This document shows positions 29,684-40,504 of a stretch of 64,000 nucleotides of DNA, in pieces; within the stretch, counting starts at the first letter, position 1, and every line of letters starts with the position of its first letter. Position numbers and translations under genes: made by a program. Below the pieces are notes generated by a model. It had not been told where the DNA came from. It was given only the letters and a program-made list of their open reading frames with translations, and searched no databases. Origin of the DNA: Spirochaetaceae bacterium (GTDB lineage: Bacteria; Spirochaetota; Spirochaetia; DSM-2461); assembly GCA_051531975.1 (NCBI GenBank), contig JAOPTT010000020.1:1-64000 (forward strand). The letters run 5' to 3'.

Positions 29684-31060
29684 ATGAAAAAATATCTATC
29701 ATTTATCTCTCTGTTTATAATGGCCTCAGGTTTCAATCTTATGGCATTTGATTTCACTTCCAATGATCTTATGTATGTAATTGCTTTTAGTGATGACTAT
29801 ATAGCAATTGAATCCATCATGGACTCTGGTACTGTTGGGGGCCCAAATCGCTCTTCTATTTTACTTGTAAATATTTCAACTGGTGAAACTGAAGAAGACT
29901 TTACTGTATCTGTTAACCCAGACTTAGACAGGGAGTACGAAGAATATAATGAGGCAGAGATTTCTGAATTAAATAAAAGTTTACGTAAAGATGCTTATGA
30001 TTTATTAGAGGAACTGGATTTCAATTTTAAAATAATTGAAACTGAACTCCCCGGGGGACTCAATGTTAGCTATGAAGACCGTTATTTTAATCCAGAACAA
30101 GATTCTAATGCTTGTTTGTTAAAGTTCTCTATTACCCATGAGGCCTCGGGTAAATCCTGGGCTATATCTGAACGTGTGGAGATGCAACGTGGTCTGAAAA
30201 GTGATAACTTTTCTGATAGTTTGTTTGGCCCTGCCTATACACAGATTTTAAGCACTTTTACCTCTTCTGATCAGGAGAACTTTGTTATTTTATATAAAAC
30301 ACCATTTCTAGATATCTATGATTCTGGAAATATAGGTGGTCTGGTAATAGACGATAAGAATATCTCTTATTATTTAAATGATGTTGGTCTAGGGTATTAT
30401 TATAAGGGCAAATATGTTGAAGCCCTAAAGTATTTTAAAATGGCTTTTGGGCATAATATTGAGAGTGTTGTGGCTAATTATAATGCAGCATGTATGAGCG
30501 CACTGTTAGAAGATGTTGATGGATCAATAAAGTATCTTGAGAAACTTCGTATTATGGGGAATCCTGCATCGATTAAGAAATTAAATAAAGCTAAATCTGA
30601 CAGTGATTTTGACCTAATTAGAGGGGATGATCATTTTTTGACTTATCTTGATCTTGCCGTAAGTGGGGATCAGAATGGTATAGCAAAACTGTTATCGAGT
30701 AATACAGAGAAAGCTGAACTTCTTACATTTAAGTATAGTGATCCTAAAGAATTATTGACCGATTGGTTAAATACTGCAAACATGGGCAACCATAGTGAAT
30801 CGATTCAGTATTTTAAACAGAACCCTATTGAGAAGGATGGAATTTCTTTTAAAGAATATTCTTCTTGGATAAATAGCAAAATTACCCGAAATAAAACAAT
30901 TAGGAAATTCGACTTTATTGCAGTGGAATATTTTGATGAGGAATCTGTTCGGATCGATTTAACTATAGAATTTGATGATAAAACAGAGATAACAAAATGG
31001 GTTACTTTAGTTAAAGATTCTACAAGTTGGATGTTAACGACAAAAGGATCCCTTTTTTAA
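29684..31060 (+). CDS. Exported protein with TPR region and small C-terminal domain
   Basis: Signal peptide MKKYLSFISLFIMASGFNLMA; TPR (LNDVGLGYYYKGKYVEALKYF, YNAACMSALL..DSDFDLIR). Track start 29669. Confidence 0.7.
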   Translation: MKKYLSFISLFIMASGFNLMAFDFTSNDLMYVIAFSDDYIAIESIMDSGTVGGPNRSSILLVNISTGETEEDFTVSVNPDLDREYEEYNEAEISELNKSLRKDAYDLLEELDFNFKIIETELPGGLNVSYEDRYFNPEQDSNACLLKFSITHEASGKSWAISERVEMQRGLKSDNFSDSLFGPAYTQILSTFTSSDQENFVILYKTPFLDIYDSGNIGGLVIDDKNISYYLNDVGLGYYYKGKYVEALKYFKMAFGHNIESVVANYNAACMSALLEDVDGSIKYLEKLRIMGNPASIKKLNKAKSDSDFDLIRGDDHFLTYLDLAVSGDQNGIAKLLSSNTEKAELLTFKYSDPKELLTDWLNTANMGNHSESIQYFKQNPIEKDGISFKEYSSWINSKITRNKTIRKFDFIAVEYFDEESVRIDLTIEFDDKTEITKWVTLVKDSTSWMLTTKGSLF

Positions 31061-31678
31061 GACTGGAAATAACAGATACAACATAATAGTTGGTAGAATG
31101 ATATCTGCGATTAGGGGAGCCCCAACATTAAGTGGTGAGAAGTTCTGATTTATAAATATATCCCTTATATGAACATAAGCTGCACCATACCAAAAAACAG
31201 ACTTTGAAATAACTAAAGCCGTTATCATGTGGTCTTTTAACCAAATAGTTAATAAACCGGCGATTGCAAATCCTAGATGATAAAAGGCAAGCTCAGTTTG
31301 GAAAGGACTACCTGGTAACCAACCGATATTCAAAGCGACAGTATCAGCTAAAAATGTATGACCAATAAATCCCCAAAGTCCACCAAAGCCAATAATTATA
31401 ACCACAAAATATATAAGGAATATAGATTTCTTTTCAGTTATATCTGTAATTCCTTTTGTTTTTATATGAAGATAAGCACTTAGTGGTACTAATAAAATAG
31501 AATATAGGTTTGTACCAATTACTGGTATAAATGAGAATAACCAATATATAAAAAAAGTATGGGGAATTGATCTCCAAAACAGTTCATGCCAAGAATAAAA
31601 GTACTTTTCCCCTTCAACTTTTCTTAATAATGATCCAAAAGGTACTAGGGCATCTATAACTATTTTGTAGACTTTCAT
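31034..31678 (-). CDS. Membrane protein (DUF6790-like)
   Basis: GLWGFIGH..A..IGW..GSPFQTELA and N.G..L..D motifs; several TM segments. Confidence 0.65.
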   Translation of the reverse strand: MKVYKIVIDALVPFGSLLRKVEGEKYFYSWHELFWRSIPHTFFIYWLFSFIPVIGTNLYSILLVPLSAYLHIKTKGITDITEKKSIFLIYFVVIIIGFGGLWGFIGHTFLADTVALNIGWLPGSPFQTELAFYHLGFAIAGLLTIWLKDHMITALVISKSVFWYGAAYVHIRDIFINQNFSPLNVGAPLIADIILPTIMLYLLFPVLKKGSFCR

Positions 31679-31731
31679 AATGTTTTCCTTAAATCCAGTC
31701 GCTTCAAATGTTATACATTTATTATTGTAAG

Positions 31732-31766
31732 CTTCTGCAACTTTTATACTAATTGTGTTGCAGAAG
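31732..31766 (-). terminator. Hairpin downstream of the sialidase-like gene
   Basis: CTTCTGCAAC...GTTGCAGAAG 10-bp inverted repeat. Confidence 0.55.
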
Positions 31767-31782
31767 TCTGTTAATGTCTAGT

Positions 31783-33288
31783 TTATTTAAATGCTTGAAC
31801 TTTTACTAGTGTGATACGCTCATCATATTCGATGGCTCCATTTTCAAAAGCTAATAATAAGTTCCCATCACTTAATACACCAAGTACTGAGTACCCAGAA
31901 GCACCCTGGTATATCAGTTTTCTATCACTAAAACTGTTTCCTTGGTCATAAGAAGCAGCTATAGTCATCTGCCCTCGACTGTAATAGTCGTCAGGGTGGG
32001 AATAATAAAGAACACCATTGGATTCTACGATTGATGACATACAAATTGGTTCTTTAATATCATCCAAGGTTTTAAAATCTGACCATGATTCTCCACCGTT
32101 ATCTGAAGTTACATAGATTTTTTTTAGGGGGGCATGGGGTAGAGATACTGGACTGTTTGTTCTTACTACCATCATTAGATCCCCGATCTCATTTACTTGA
32201 GCTATCTCACTTTCATTACCATCATCTAGTCTATCACTGGTCTGCCATGTTAAACCATGATCATCACTGTAAAGAGATAATGAGCCTCCATCGATATATC
32301 CTGGAGCAACTAATCGTCCTTTATATATTCCACTATCAATCATAATTCCGTGTCCTGGACCAACAAACCCATCGTAAACTAATTCAGGATCGGACCAGGT
32401 AAAACCTCCATCAGAACTGATTTTTTTGTATGTTTTGAAGTTATTAGCTTTGTTTCCTGATATATGTAGTAGAATTATTTCTCCAGTAATGGAATCAAAT
32501 ATTGGTGTTGAGTTTCCGATTTTCCCGATTCCAGGTTCATATGTACTTGTTATTATTAAATCTGACCACGTAATCCCACCATCAGAACTGACTTTCTGAA
32601 CCAGGTCGATATCTCCATGATCTAGAGATCCATTTCGTCTAGCTTCAGCCATAACTATTACCTGGTCATTTTGAAGTATTGTACCGTTTTTAAGTTTGGA
32701 ACCTTTTGGAAGAACTAAAAGAGAAGGGATTCTGAATATATTATAATCACTCTCTCCTGATTCAAATATAGCGGTAGCATCACCATCAATATTTGAATAT
32801 TCAAAATCCTGCTGAGTTCCTAATATATAAAATTGTAAAATGAAGGTAAGTAAAAGAATACCTGATAATATTGATCTGATATAAATCTTTTTTGTAAAAA
32901 GTGCAGTTATACTCTGACCAAGCATTAGAAACATTAAAGGGACTAAGCCACCTAAAGCTAGATAGATTACCAAATCGTATAAAGATAATGGCTGGAAAAA
33001 ATCTACAATAACCGAAGTTATTAGACTATATATTAAAAACCCACTGATCAACAGAGAACCTAATAAATTAAGCCAGATCAGTTTTGAATTAGTAGATTTC
33101 CTATTTATGAACATCACCGCAATAAATCCAATAAGATTAAGGGCTAAGGTTACATATAATATAACTTTTTTATCTATTATAGGAGCATTAAACTTCATAA
33201 ACAGATAACTTCCAGTTATTAGAGAAATTACAGCAGTAATAGTAATTATATTTTTTAGAACTTTTAATACTTTAGACATTAGACTCAC
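31783..33288 (-). CDS. GH33 sialidase-like protein with N-terminal multi-TM domain
   Basis: FRIP motif, AEARR, Asp-boxes (SSDGGITW, SSDGGFTW, SDDHGLTW, SDNGGESW, SYDQGNSF), GPGHG, SGYS; about 5 N-terminal TM helices. Confidence 0.85.
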   Translation of the reverse strand: MSLMSKVLKVLKNIITITAVISLITGSYLFMKFNAPIIDKKVILYVTLALNLIGFIAVMFINRKSTNSKLIWLNLLGSLLISGFLIYSLITSVIVDFFQPLSLYDLVIYLALGGLVPLMFLMLGQSITALFTKKIYIRSILSGILLLTFILQFYILGTQQDFEYSNIDGDATAIFESGESDYNIFRIPSLLVLPKGSKLKNGTILQNDQVIVMAEARRNGSLDHGDIDLVQKVSSDGGITWSDLIITSTYEPGIGKIGNSTPIFDSITGEIILLHISGNKANNFKTYKKISSDGGFTWSDPELVYDGFVGPGHGIMIDSGIYKGRLVAPGYIDGGSLSLYSDDHGLTWQTSDRLDDGNESEIAQVNEIGDLMMVVRTNSPVSLPHAPLKKIYVTSDNGGESWSDFKTLDDIKEPICMSSIVESNGVLYYSHPDDYYSRGQMTIAASYDQGNSFSDRKLIYQGASGYSVLGVLSDGNLLLAFENGAIEYDERITLVKVQAFK

Positions 33289-34624
33289 CTTTTTTTCTTG
33301 TTTTTAATTCACTTAGAATCTTGCTGAACATACCGTTGTTAATTTTGTAGAACCTGATAACTATAACCGAGATTATTATTAACACTATTGGAATGATTGT
33401 AAGAGTACTTAGTATTCCGGTTAATGTAGACTCAGATTGATTTATAGAATTTGGTACGTAGTTTGTCCACTCTAGTACTGCTGCAACAAGTATCCCAGCT
33501 ACTGCAGTGGCTAATTTTTGACTGAAACTATATACAGCATAGGATATTCCCTCGGCTCGTTTACCGGTTTTCCACTCTCCGTATTCTATAGTATCAGGAA
33601 TCATAGCCCAACCAACTGTAGATATTGCCGCAATTCCGAAACTGCTTAGACCACCAAAAAGTAGGATCAGTCCTATCTGATCATAAGGGATAAAATGGAA
33701 TATTATTGATCCAATAATACCTATAACAGAACCTATTATATAAGTCCCTTTTTTATCCCATAATCGGGTTGCCAGAGGAATTAAAAGATTTGCAATAAGC
33801 ATTGATAATACTACAACACCTAGAAATACAGGCAATAAGTCTCCATTTCCAATATTGTAATTAACATAATAAATTGCTGCAGTTTCTCTAATGAAGACAG
33901 CCATATTTCCTACCAGGGAAGCTAAAGTCACTATTAATAATTGTTTATTCTTAAATAACAGTGGCCAGATATCTCTGATATGATAGGAGTCATCACTTAT
34001 ACTTTTGTTTTTTGTAGCTACTTTTGTAAGCTTGAAACAGAACAAGAAGAATATAAAAGATAAAAGACCAAATATTATGGAAACAAAGAAATACCCCTCT
34101 GATAAGGTAGAAAAAGCAGAAACAAGAGGTTCGGTAACTACTGAGACTGTAATAACTCCAATAAGCATAAATATCATTCGAATTGAAGATAAGGATGTTC
34201 TCTCCTGGGGGTCATCTGTTAAGGACGCAGTTAGTGATGAATAGGGAATATTAACCAGGGTGAATAACATTCCCCAGATAATATATGTAACACCGGCATA
34301 GACTATTTTACCTGTAATCCCTAATTCAGGTGTGGAAAACATAGCTATAGTTGCTAAAGCTAGAGGAAGTGATCCATACAATAAATAAACTCTGGCTTTA
34401 CCATGTCTAGATTTTGTTTTATCCATAAGCATACCCATAACCGGATCGTTAACTGCATCCCATAATCTAGCAACAAGGAAAATGATTCCTGCAGCCATTG
34501 CAGATATACCAAGTACGTCTGTATAGAAAAATAGTAAATAAATTACTGTTAATTGGAAAACCAGATTACTAGCCAAATCACCTAGTCCATATCCGATTTT
34601 AGTTTTTAATTTTAAATTACCCAT
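33272..34624 (-). CDS. GPH-family (glycoside-pentoside-hexuronide) MFS symporter
   Basis: GYGLGD, RLWDAVNDPVMG, NIPYSSL, DTIEYGEWKTGKRAEG. Confidence 0.92.
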   Translation of the reverse strand: MGNLKLKTKIGYGLGDLASNLVFQLTVIYLLFFYTDVLGISAMAAGIIFLVARLWDAVNDPVMGMLMDKTKSRHGKARVYLLYGSLPLALATIAMFSTPELGITGKIVYAGVTYIIWGMLFTLVNIPYSSLTASLTDDPQERTSLSSIRMIFMLIGVITVSVVTEPLVSAFSTLSEGYFFVSIIFGLLSFIFFLFCFKLTKVATKNKSISDDSYHIRDIWPLLFKNKQLLIVTLASLVGNMAVFIRETAAIYYVNYNIGNGDLLPVFLGVVVLSMLIANLLIPLATRLWDKKGTYIIGSVIGIIGSIIFHFIPYDQIGLILLFGGLSSFGIAAISTVGWAMIPDTIEYGEWKTGKRAEGISYAVYSFSQKLATAVAGILVAAVLEWTNYVPNSINQSESTLTGILSTLTIIPIVLIIISVIVIRFYKINNGMFSKILSELKTRKKGESNV

Positions 34625-35945
34625 TATTATCCTCCTTAGTTAAATATGTCTTTATCATCTCTTCAGAAACTTCCTTATTTTTACAAATTTCTCCATAAAA
34701 CCTTCCACTATCCCTTATTTTTCGTTCCAAAGTTTCATAGTTTACTTCGATTAGACCAAACCTGGGACCATACCCATCATTCCATTCCAGATTATCAAGA
34801 AGAGACCAGTGGTAATATCTTCTGACATCAATACCATCTTCAATAAGGCGTTTTACCTGGGCTAAATGATCGTATATAAATTTTGCTCTTTTTGAGTCAT
34901 TAACATCTGGGATACCGTTTTCAGTAATATAAATTGGTAACTTATATTTGTCATATGTAGCCTTAATTACTTTATATAAACCCTCAGGATATATTTCCCA
35001 GCCAAGATCATTTACCCTATGATCAGGTAAATTTTCCTCAACTTTGACTTCACCAAACAGTGAAGCTGGATTATTACTTGAGTGAATAATATGTCTTGAA
35101 TAATAATTCACTCCAATAAAATCGCAGAAAGAACCTTTTCCTAGGGGATAACCAAAACCGACTGGAAATGTCAGGTGACCTTCTACCATTCCATTAAGGA
35201 ATAGTTTGTGAAAGGAATAATCCATTAGTTTTTTGCTTAGTTTTGTCAGGGGTTTCTGTTCTTTACATTCAAAATAAGCCAAGTGATGGGCTAAACCTAC
35301 CATTGTATCTGCATAACCCATTTCGCTTCTGAGTTCATGTATCATTTTGTATGAATGTAAATGGGCTAATATAAGGTTTCTAGAAGCTTTAAAGTAAGAA
35401 ACTATATCATCCGTATGTCCTGGAGGATATTTTCCATCCATATAAGTATCATTTAAAAAAACATTTGGTTCATTGATAGTGCAATATTCATTTACTTCAT
35501 GTCCTATAGATTGAATGACTTTTTTTACAAAACGGGTAAAATAGAAAACGCTCTTCTTATTGGTCCATGCACCTTTTTCTTCAAACCACTGAGGTTGAGA
35601 GAAGTGATGAAGAGTTACTAAAGGTTTAATCCCAGCATCAATTAGTGCTTTTATCTCATCCTGATAGTGCTTAATACCATCTTGGGACCAGACACCTTCT
35701 TTAGGTTCAAAACGGCTCCACTCAATACTCATTCTGTAGATCTCTTGGTTCATCTCTTTCATCAGTTCAATATCTTCTTTATAACGGTTGTAGTGATCCG
35801 CTGCTACAATAGAACTATCATTATTTGCAATTTTGCCTTTTAGAGACCAATGATACCAGTTACTATTTTTGTCTCCACCTTCGATCTGGGTAGCTGCGGT
35901 TGCACTACCAAATAATAGCTGTTTTGGGAATTTAATTTTTTTCAT
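34617..35945 (-). CDS. GH1 beta-glycosidase
   Basis: FGSATAATQIEG, TINEP (acid/base), YITENG (nucleophile), WSLLDNLEW. Confidence 0.93.
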   Translation of the reverse strand: MKKIKFPKQLLFGSATAATQIEGGDKNSNWYHWSLKGKIANNDSSIVAADHYNRYKEDIELMKEMNQEIYRMSIEWSRFEPKEGVWSQDGIKHYQDEIKALIDAGIKPLVTLHHFSQPQWFEEKGAWTNKKSVFYFTRFVKKVIQSIGHEVNEYCTINEPNVFLNDTYMDGKYPPGHTDDIVSYFKASRNLILAHLHSYKMIHELRSEMGYADTMVGLAHHLAYFECKEQKPLTKLSKKLMDYSFHKLFLNGMVEGHLTFPVGFGYPLGKGSFCDFIGVNYYSRHIIHSSNNPASLFGEVKVEENLPDHRVNDLGWEIYPEGLYKVIKATYDKYKLPIYITENGIPDVNDSKRAKFIYDHLAQVKRLIEDGIDVRRYYHWSLLDNLEWNDGYGPRFGLIEVNYETLERKIRDSGRFYGEICKNKEVSEEMIKTYLTKEDNNG

Positions 35946-36575
35946 TTAATCTGCCTTTAATGCCAGGATGTATATTGATACCTGGTTCTTTATTAGTTCA
36001 ATTCCACTTATACCTGTTTCACTTAATATCATCTCATTTCGGATTGCAATTCGCTGTCCAAAACTCCATAACACATTTGAAATTGTGGAAACCATTAATT
36101 TGATATCGATATCTTCTTTTATGGTTTTATCTTTTATACCTTTGACTAATAATTGGGTTAATAATTCATCGGATTCGAGGATAATGTTATTAAATCTTTC
36201 CATACTATCCGTAGATGGTTTATTTATTTTTTCATCTTTAAAATAAAAATCAAATTCCCCTAAGTACTTCATCACATTTGTTTTATTCGACATATAATCG
36301 ATTAGTTGAAACAAAAAAGATTCAAATTGAATCAATCCACTTCCGGTTAATTTATCAAATACTTCTTTATGGTATACATTCCAATCATTTAATAAAAATA
36401 TAGTCGTCTCATATGCCAGGCTCTCTTTTGTATCAAAATAGCGATAAAGTGTTCTTCTTGTTAAACCAACCTGATTGGCTATGTCATCCATAACCACATT
36501 AAAAAGACCTTTATCAAGAAATAATTCTCTAGCTTTTTCCATAATCAGGATTTCTTTTTCTTTTCTCTTATCCAC
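35946..36575 (-). CDS. TetR/AcrR family regulator
   Basis: MDDIANQVGLTRRTLYRYFDTKE HTH; GTG start after AAGGA. Confidence 0.92.
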   Translation of the reverse strand: MDKRKEKEILIMEKARELFLDKGLFNVVMDDIANQVGLTRRTLYRYFDTKESLAYETTIFLLNDWNVYHKEVFDKLTGSGLIQFESFLFQLIDYMSNKTNVMKYLGEFDFYFKDEKINKPSTDSMERFNNIILESDELLTQLLVKGIKDKTIKEDIDIKLMVSTISNVLWSFGQRIAIRNEMILSETGISGIELIKNQVSIYILALKAD

Positions 36576-36588
36576 AATATTTCCTTAC

Positions 36589-36640
36589 GACACAGTGTGT
36601 GTCATGAAAGCATACTAAACCCTGTCACACACTGTGTCAA
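36589..36640 (-). promoter_or_regulatory. sigma70 promoter with two TetR-type operator palindromes
   Basis: Minus strand TTGACA (36640-36635)-17 nt-TAGTAT (36617-36612). GACACAGTGTGTGTC (36589-36603) and its inverted near-copy (36624-36638). Confidence 0.75.
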
Positions 36641-36698
36641 CTTTTAATTTGATTAATTTTGGGGAGGGGTTATTTTTTATTTTAAATATGAGATCTTT

Positions 36699-36824
36699 TT
36701 ATACTTTTGATTTAATGGAACGAGGGCCGTTCATCAACAAAAGAGAAATCCAAACACAGACTGTAAAATAAGACGAGTGCCAGAAAAGAAAACCAATTCC
36801 CCAGTCAGTGAGTTTTTTACTATT
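36699..36824 (-). pseudogene. Possible startless C-terminal remnant of a membrane protein gene
   Basis: GC-richer intergenic stretch reading LTDWGIGFLFWHSSYFTVCVWISLLLMNGPRSIKSKV* with no start codon. Confidence 0.3.
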
Positions 36825-36842
36825 TTAGTAATATTCCTTCGT

Positions 36843-39038
36843 TTATTTCAATAAAAGTTGGTATATAAAATATAAATTTGCCAATGCATCATCATAGTTA
36901 TTACTTCTAATACTTAACTCTGAGATTATAGATTTTTTAAGATATATAAGTCTTATATCCAAATCCTTATTATCTTTAATATTTGTTTTTAAAATAGTAA
37001 AACATAGATCCCATATCTTGTCCCAATTACTATTTACAAACCATGATATTAATTTTTTATGGTTTGTATTAAATACATCTATATCCCTGGTTTGTTCTAA
37101 AAACTCTTTTATACCTTCACCTTTTTTTTGATTTTTAGCAGCGTATATATCTGATAATCTAGGTGTAAAGTCTAATAAATCAGAAACCAAAGAGTAATAT
37201 GTCTGTTTAAATATACTATCATCTTTAATTTTACAACTTTGATATACTTTACTGAAAATAAAACCTGTATCATCCATATTTTTAAGAGCAATTAAATAAT
37301 TTAGTTTATCCCATGGACTTTCTACTCTGCTCTCATAATCATAAATTTCTTCTAATAAATCCTTATTACCTATACGACCTAAGGATTTTGCTGCATTTGA
37401 TTTAATAACATCATCATCTGATTTAAATAGTTGTAATAAAACCTCTTCAACTTCTTTATAAGGATAAGCCCCAAGAGCAAATACCGCTTTTTTCTGATGG
37501 TAAGAACCAGAATCCTTAGCTTCGTTAATTAATTCTTCCATTAACTCTTTTCTTGGATGGTTAAAAAGCGATTTTATAACATCACCCTTAACAGGAGACA
37601 GTGGAGAGGATAAAATTGATTTTAACTCTTTTGTTGCAATATCAGTATCATTTTGAGAAATTGATAAAATGACAGTTCTCTTTTTTACTGGATCATATAT
37701 ATTATTAAGTTTTCCAATATAGTTATATGCTCTTAAACCTTCTAAGGAAAATAAAATTGAAGCTGTTTCTTTAGCACTTAGACTTCCTTTATCGATTATT
37801 TTAAAACTTATTAGAATCATGCTAATACTTAAAATAAGTCCAAAAAGAAAAAGCAAAGTAAAATTGTTTGGTAAATAGTTGGTTAAACTAACTCCCTTAT
37901 CAATTAAAAGACCACCTGTTAATCCTGTTATTAATGAGAAACTAGCAGTAACAAAGTTAATCATAGAATTATATCCAAATGAATCATTTTCAGGCATTGT
38001 ATTCACTATCACTCTGTCAATTAAAACATTATTAGATAATAAAAAGAAATTTGAAAAGAATCCTAAAATAAAATAAAAATAATATGGAATAAAGGTACTA
38101 TTGCTAACAGGTAATAAGACCCAAATAAATAAAAAAATTGAAAGTAGAATATTAGAACCAATTAATAGTGGCCTACTACCAATTCTATCTGCAAATGTTT
38201 TAGCAAAAAGACCAGATAAAATGTTCGCAAATGCAATTACCATAGTATATAAAAAAACTAGATTTGCAGAAAACCCAACCTCTTTTCTTAAAAAAACAAT
38301 AGTTAATCCGTTAACTACCATTACACTAATAGATATCCATCTTACTAAAAGAGGGTATGATCTTTTTTTATTTGTAATAGACTCTTTAAATATAACAAAG
38401 AGATTCCTACTTTTTTCATAGGCTACAACTTCTCGGCAAGGTATTTTTTTTAATTGAAATGCTGCCGTCGTGTTTAATATAACTCCAAGTAGTTGTAATA
38501 ATAACAGACCAGATATTCCTGATAATAATTTGAATGAGGTTACAATAAAACTAATTAGTTTTGATATTACAGATGCACTTTGGTTTGCAATAAATCCAAG
38601 AGCTAAAACATTTCCTCTATTAGTAGATGTTGTAACCATTTTTATTAAAGGATTCCAAATAACAACACCAACTATCCTTGCAGAACAAAAAAGTGTATAT
38701 ACCACTAATATTAGTAATACTGCTGGTCTTCCTTCTAAAAAAAACAGAAACATATATAATAATACAAACAGACCTCTTAATACCCATGCCGTATATTGAA
38801 GTTTAATAAGATTTTTTCCAGCAAGAAGTCTTGGTAAAAATACTAAAATAAATCCTGTTAAAAAAATTACAGAGGATATAAAACCTAATTCAATATTTGT
38901 AGCACCAAATTGTATAGCCATTAAATATACAGGTGTCTCTCCCATAAAATTGAATCCCATTCCATTTAAACCTTGAAATGTATAAACTTTTTTTTGGGCA
39001 TACTTTTTTTCTTTTTCACTTAAAAATATTGTTGGCAT
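36843..39038 (-). CDS. MFS transporter fused to a HEAT-repeat domain
   Basis: About 12 TM segments with ADRIGSRP MFS motif; C-terminal AVFALG and AAKSLGRIG HEAT repeats. Confidence 0.8.
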   Translation of the reverse strand: MPTIFLSEKEKKYAQKKVYTFQGLNGMGFNFMGETPVYLMAIQFGATNIELGFISSVIFLTGFILVFLPRLLAGKNLIKLQYTAWVLRGLFVLLYMFLFFLEGRPAVLLILVVYTLFCSARIVGVVIWNPLIKMVTTSTNRGNVLALGFIANQSASVISKLISFIVTSFKLLSGISGLLLLQLLGVILNTTAAFQLKKIPCREVVAYEKSRNLFVIFKESITNKKRSYPLLVRWISISVMVVNGLTIVFLRKEVGFSANLVFLYTMVIAFANILSGLFAKTFADRIGSRPLLIGSNILLSIFLFIWVLLPVSNSTFIPYYFYFILGFFSNFFLLSNNVLIDRVIVNTMPENDSFGYNSMINFVTASFSLITGLTGGLLIDKGVSLTNYLPNNFTLLFLFGLILSISMILISFKIIDKGSLSAKETASILFSLEGLRAYNYIGKLNNIYDPVKKRTVILSISQNDTDIATKELKSILSSPLSPVKGDVIKSLFNHPRKELMEELINEAKDSGSYHQKKAVFALGAYPYKEVEEVLLQLFKSDDDVIKSNAAKSLGRIGNKDLLEEIYDYESRVESPWDKLNYLIALKNMDDTGFIFSKVYQSCKIKDDSIFKQTYYSLVSDLLDFTPRLSDIYAAKNQKKGEGIKEFLEQTRDIDVFNTNHKKLISWFVNSNWDKIWDLCFTILKTNIKDNKDLDIRLIYLKKSIISELSIRSNNYDDALANLYFIYQLLLK

Positions 39039-39097
39039 TAAATATCTCCATACTAATATTTCTGATTATATAACATTTTAAAAATAATGAGGACAAG

Positions 39098-40504
39098 CTA
39101 AATAAAAAGCAGATGCATTACCATTTCACCTAATCTTTTAACTGCTGGTACAATATCATCTGTATAACATCCAGCATCGATACGTATGAAGTTCTCAAAA
39201 TATTTCTTTTGGGAAAAAAGACCTCCAGGTACTATGGCTATTCCCTCTTTTATTGCAATCGTATAGAGGTCTAATCCAGATACATTACCTGGTAATTCAA
39301 CCCATAATGTATATCCACCCTTAGGGTCTGTCATATTTGTGCCATCAGGGAAATATTTTTTTACATCTGCTCTTAACTTTGACATTCTTGATGATACTTC
39401 ATTTCGTAGTTTTCTAAGTTGTCTATGAAAACCACCTGACTCTAAATAATTTGTTAATAATAGCTGGGATATGGTTGAAGTGCATATATTAGTACTCATT
39501 TTCCTTTGAATCACTCTGTTTTTAAATTTACCTGGAATAATATAACCCACTCTAAGACCAGGAGAGATAGTTTTTGAGAAGGAGGAACATAGTATAGTAT
39601 TACCAGTTGAATCGTAACTTCTACATGTTGTTGGTCTATTACCCTCAAAATATAGGTCTCCATATACATCATCTTCAATTAGAGGAATTTTTTTATCACT
39701 TAAAATTTCAGCTAATAACTTTTTATTTATATCGGGGATGATACTTCCACTAGGATTGTTAAAATTACTAATAACAAGACAAGCTTTTATAGTGTTAAAC
39801 TCCATTGCATATTTAAGAGCATCTATTGATATACCATCTTCAGCATTTGATGGAATTTCAATAATATTTAGTCCTAGGTTTTTAAACATTAATACTAAAT
39901 TACAATAAACTGGGGACTGTATAGCAACACTGTCTCCTGGTTTGGTAATAGCGCTAAGGGCTAAAAATAGAGCCTCTTCACAACCAGAGGTTATTACAAT
40001 TTCATCTTCCCTTATGGATAAACCACTATCAACTAGTTTTCCTATTATCGATCTCCTAAGGGATATTAACCCTTCGGTAGGTGCATAAGATAAGCATTGT
40101 TTTTTTTGTGTTTCAGAAAGTGAAGAAATTAAAATACTAAAATCCTGTACAGGCATTAGTGATGGGGAAGCTACTGCCGCACCTAATGGAATATGTTCAG
40201 GGTCCATTACTTCATTTAAAATGTGCTGATAGTCTAGGTTCTCAGTTGCAATTTGTATGACAGGGTTGTGTAAAATAGGCAGTGTATTAGAACAGTTCTT
40301 TTTTACAAAATAGCCAACCTTAGAACGACCTTCTATAACATCATCTATCTCTAAAATTGAGTATGCTTCCTTAATTGTATTTATACTAACTTTTAGGTTA
40401 TTACTCATCACTCTAATAGATGGAAGTTTATCACCTTCTGCATAAATATTTTTTTCTATCATTGTTTTTATCTGAAGTACAACTTGTTCATATAGGTATC
40501 CCAT
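39098..40504 (-). CDS. MocR-family regulator (GntR HTH + PLP aminotransferase domain)
   Basis: KLPSIR..VSINTIKEAY, ITSGCEEAL, NNPSG, IEDDVY, SFSKTISPGLRVG. Confidence 0.93.
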   Translation of the reverse strand: MGYLYEQVVLQIKTMIEKNIYAEGDKLPSIRVMSNNLKVSINTIKEAYSILEIDDVIEGRSKVGYFVKKNCSNTLPILHNPVIQIATENLDYQHILNEVMDPEHIPLGAAVASPSLMPVQDFSILISSLSETQKKQCLSYAPTEGLISLRRSIIGKLVDSGLSIREDEIVITSGCEEALFLALSAITKPGDSVAIQSPVYCNLVLMFKNLGLNIIEIPSNAEDGISIDALKYAMEFNTIKACLVISNFNNPSGSIIPDINKKLLAEILSDKKIPLIEDDVYGDLYFEGNRPTTCRSYDSTGNTILCSSFSKTISPGLRVGYIIPGKFKNRVIQRKMSTNICTSTISQLLLTNYLESGGFHRQLRKLRNEVSSRMSKLRADVKKYFPDGTNMTDPKGGYTLWVELPGNVSGLDLYTIAIKEGIAIVPGGLFSQKKYFENFIRIDAGCYTDDIVPAVKRLGEMVMHLLFI

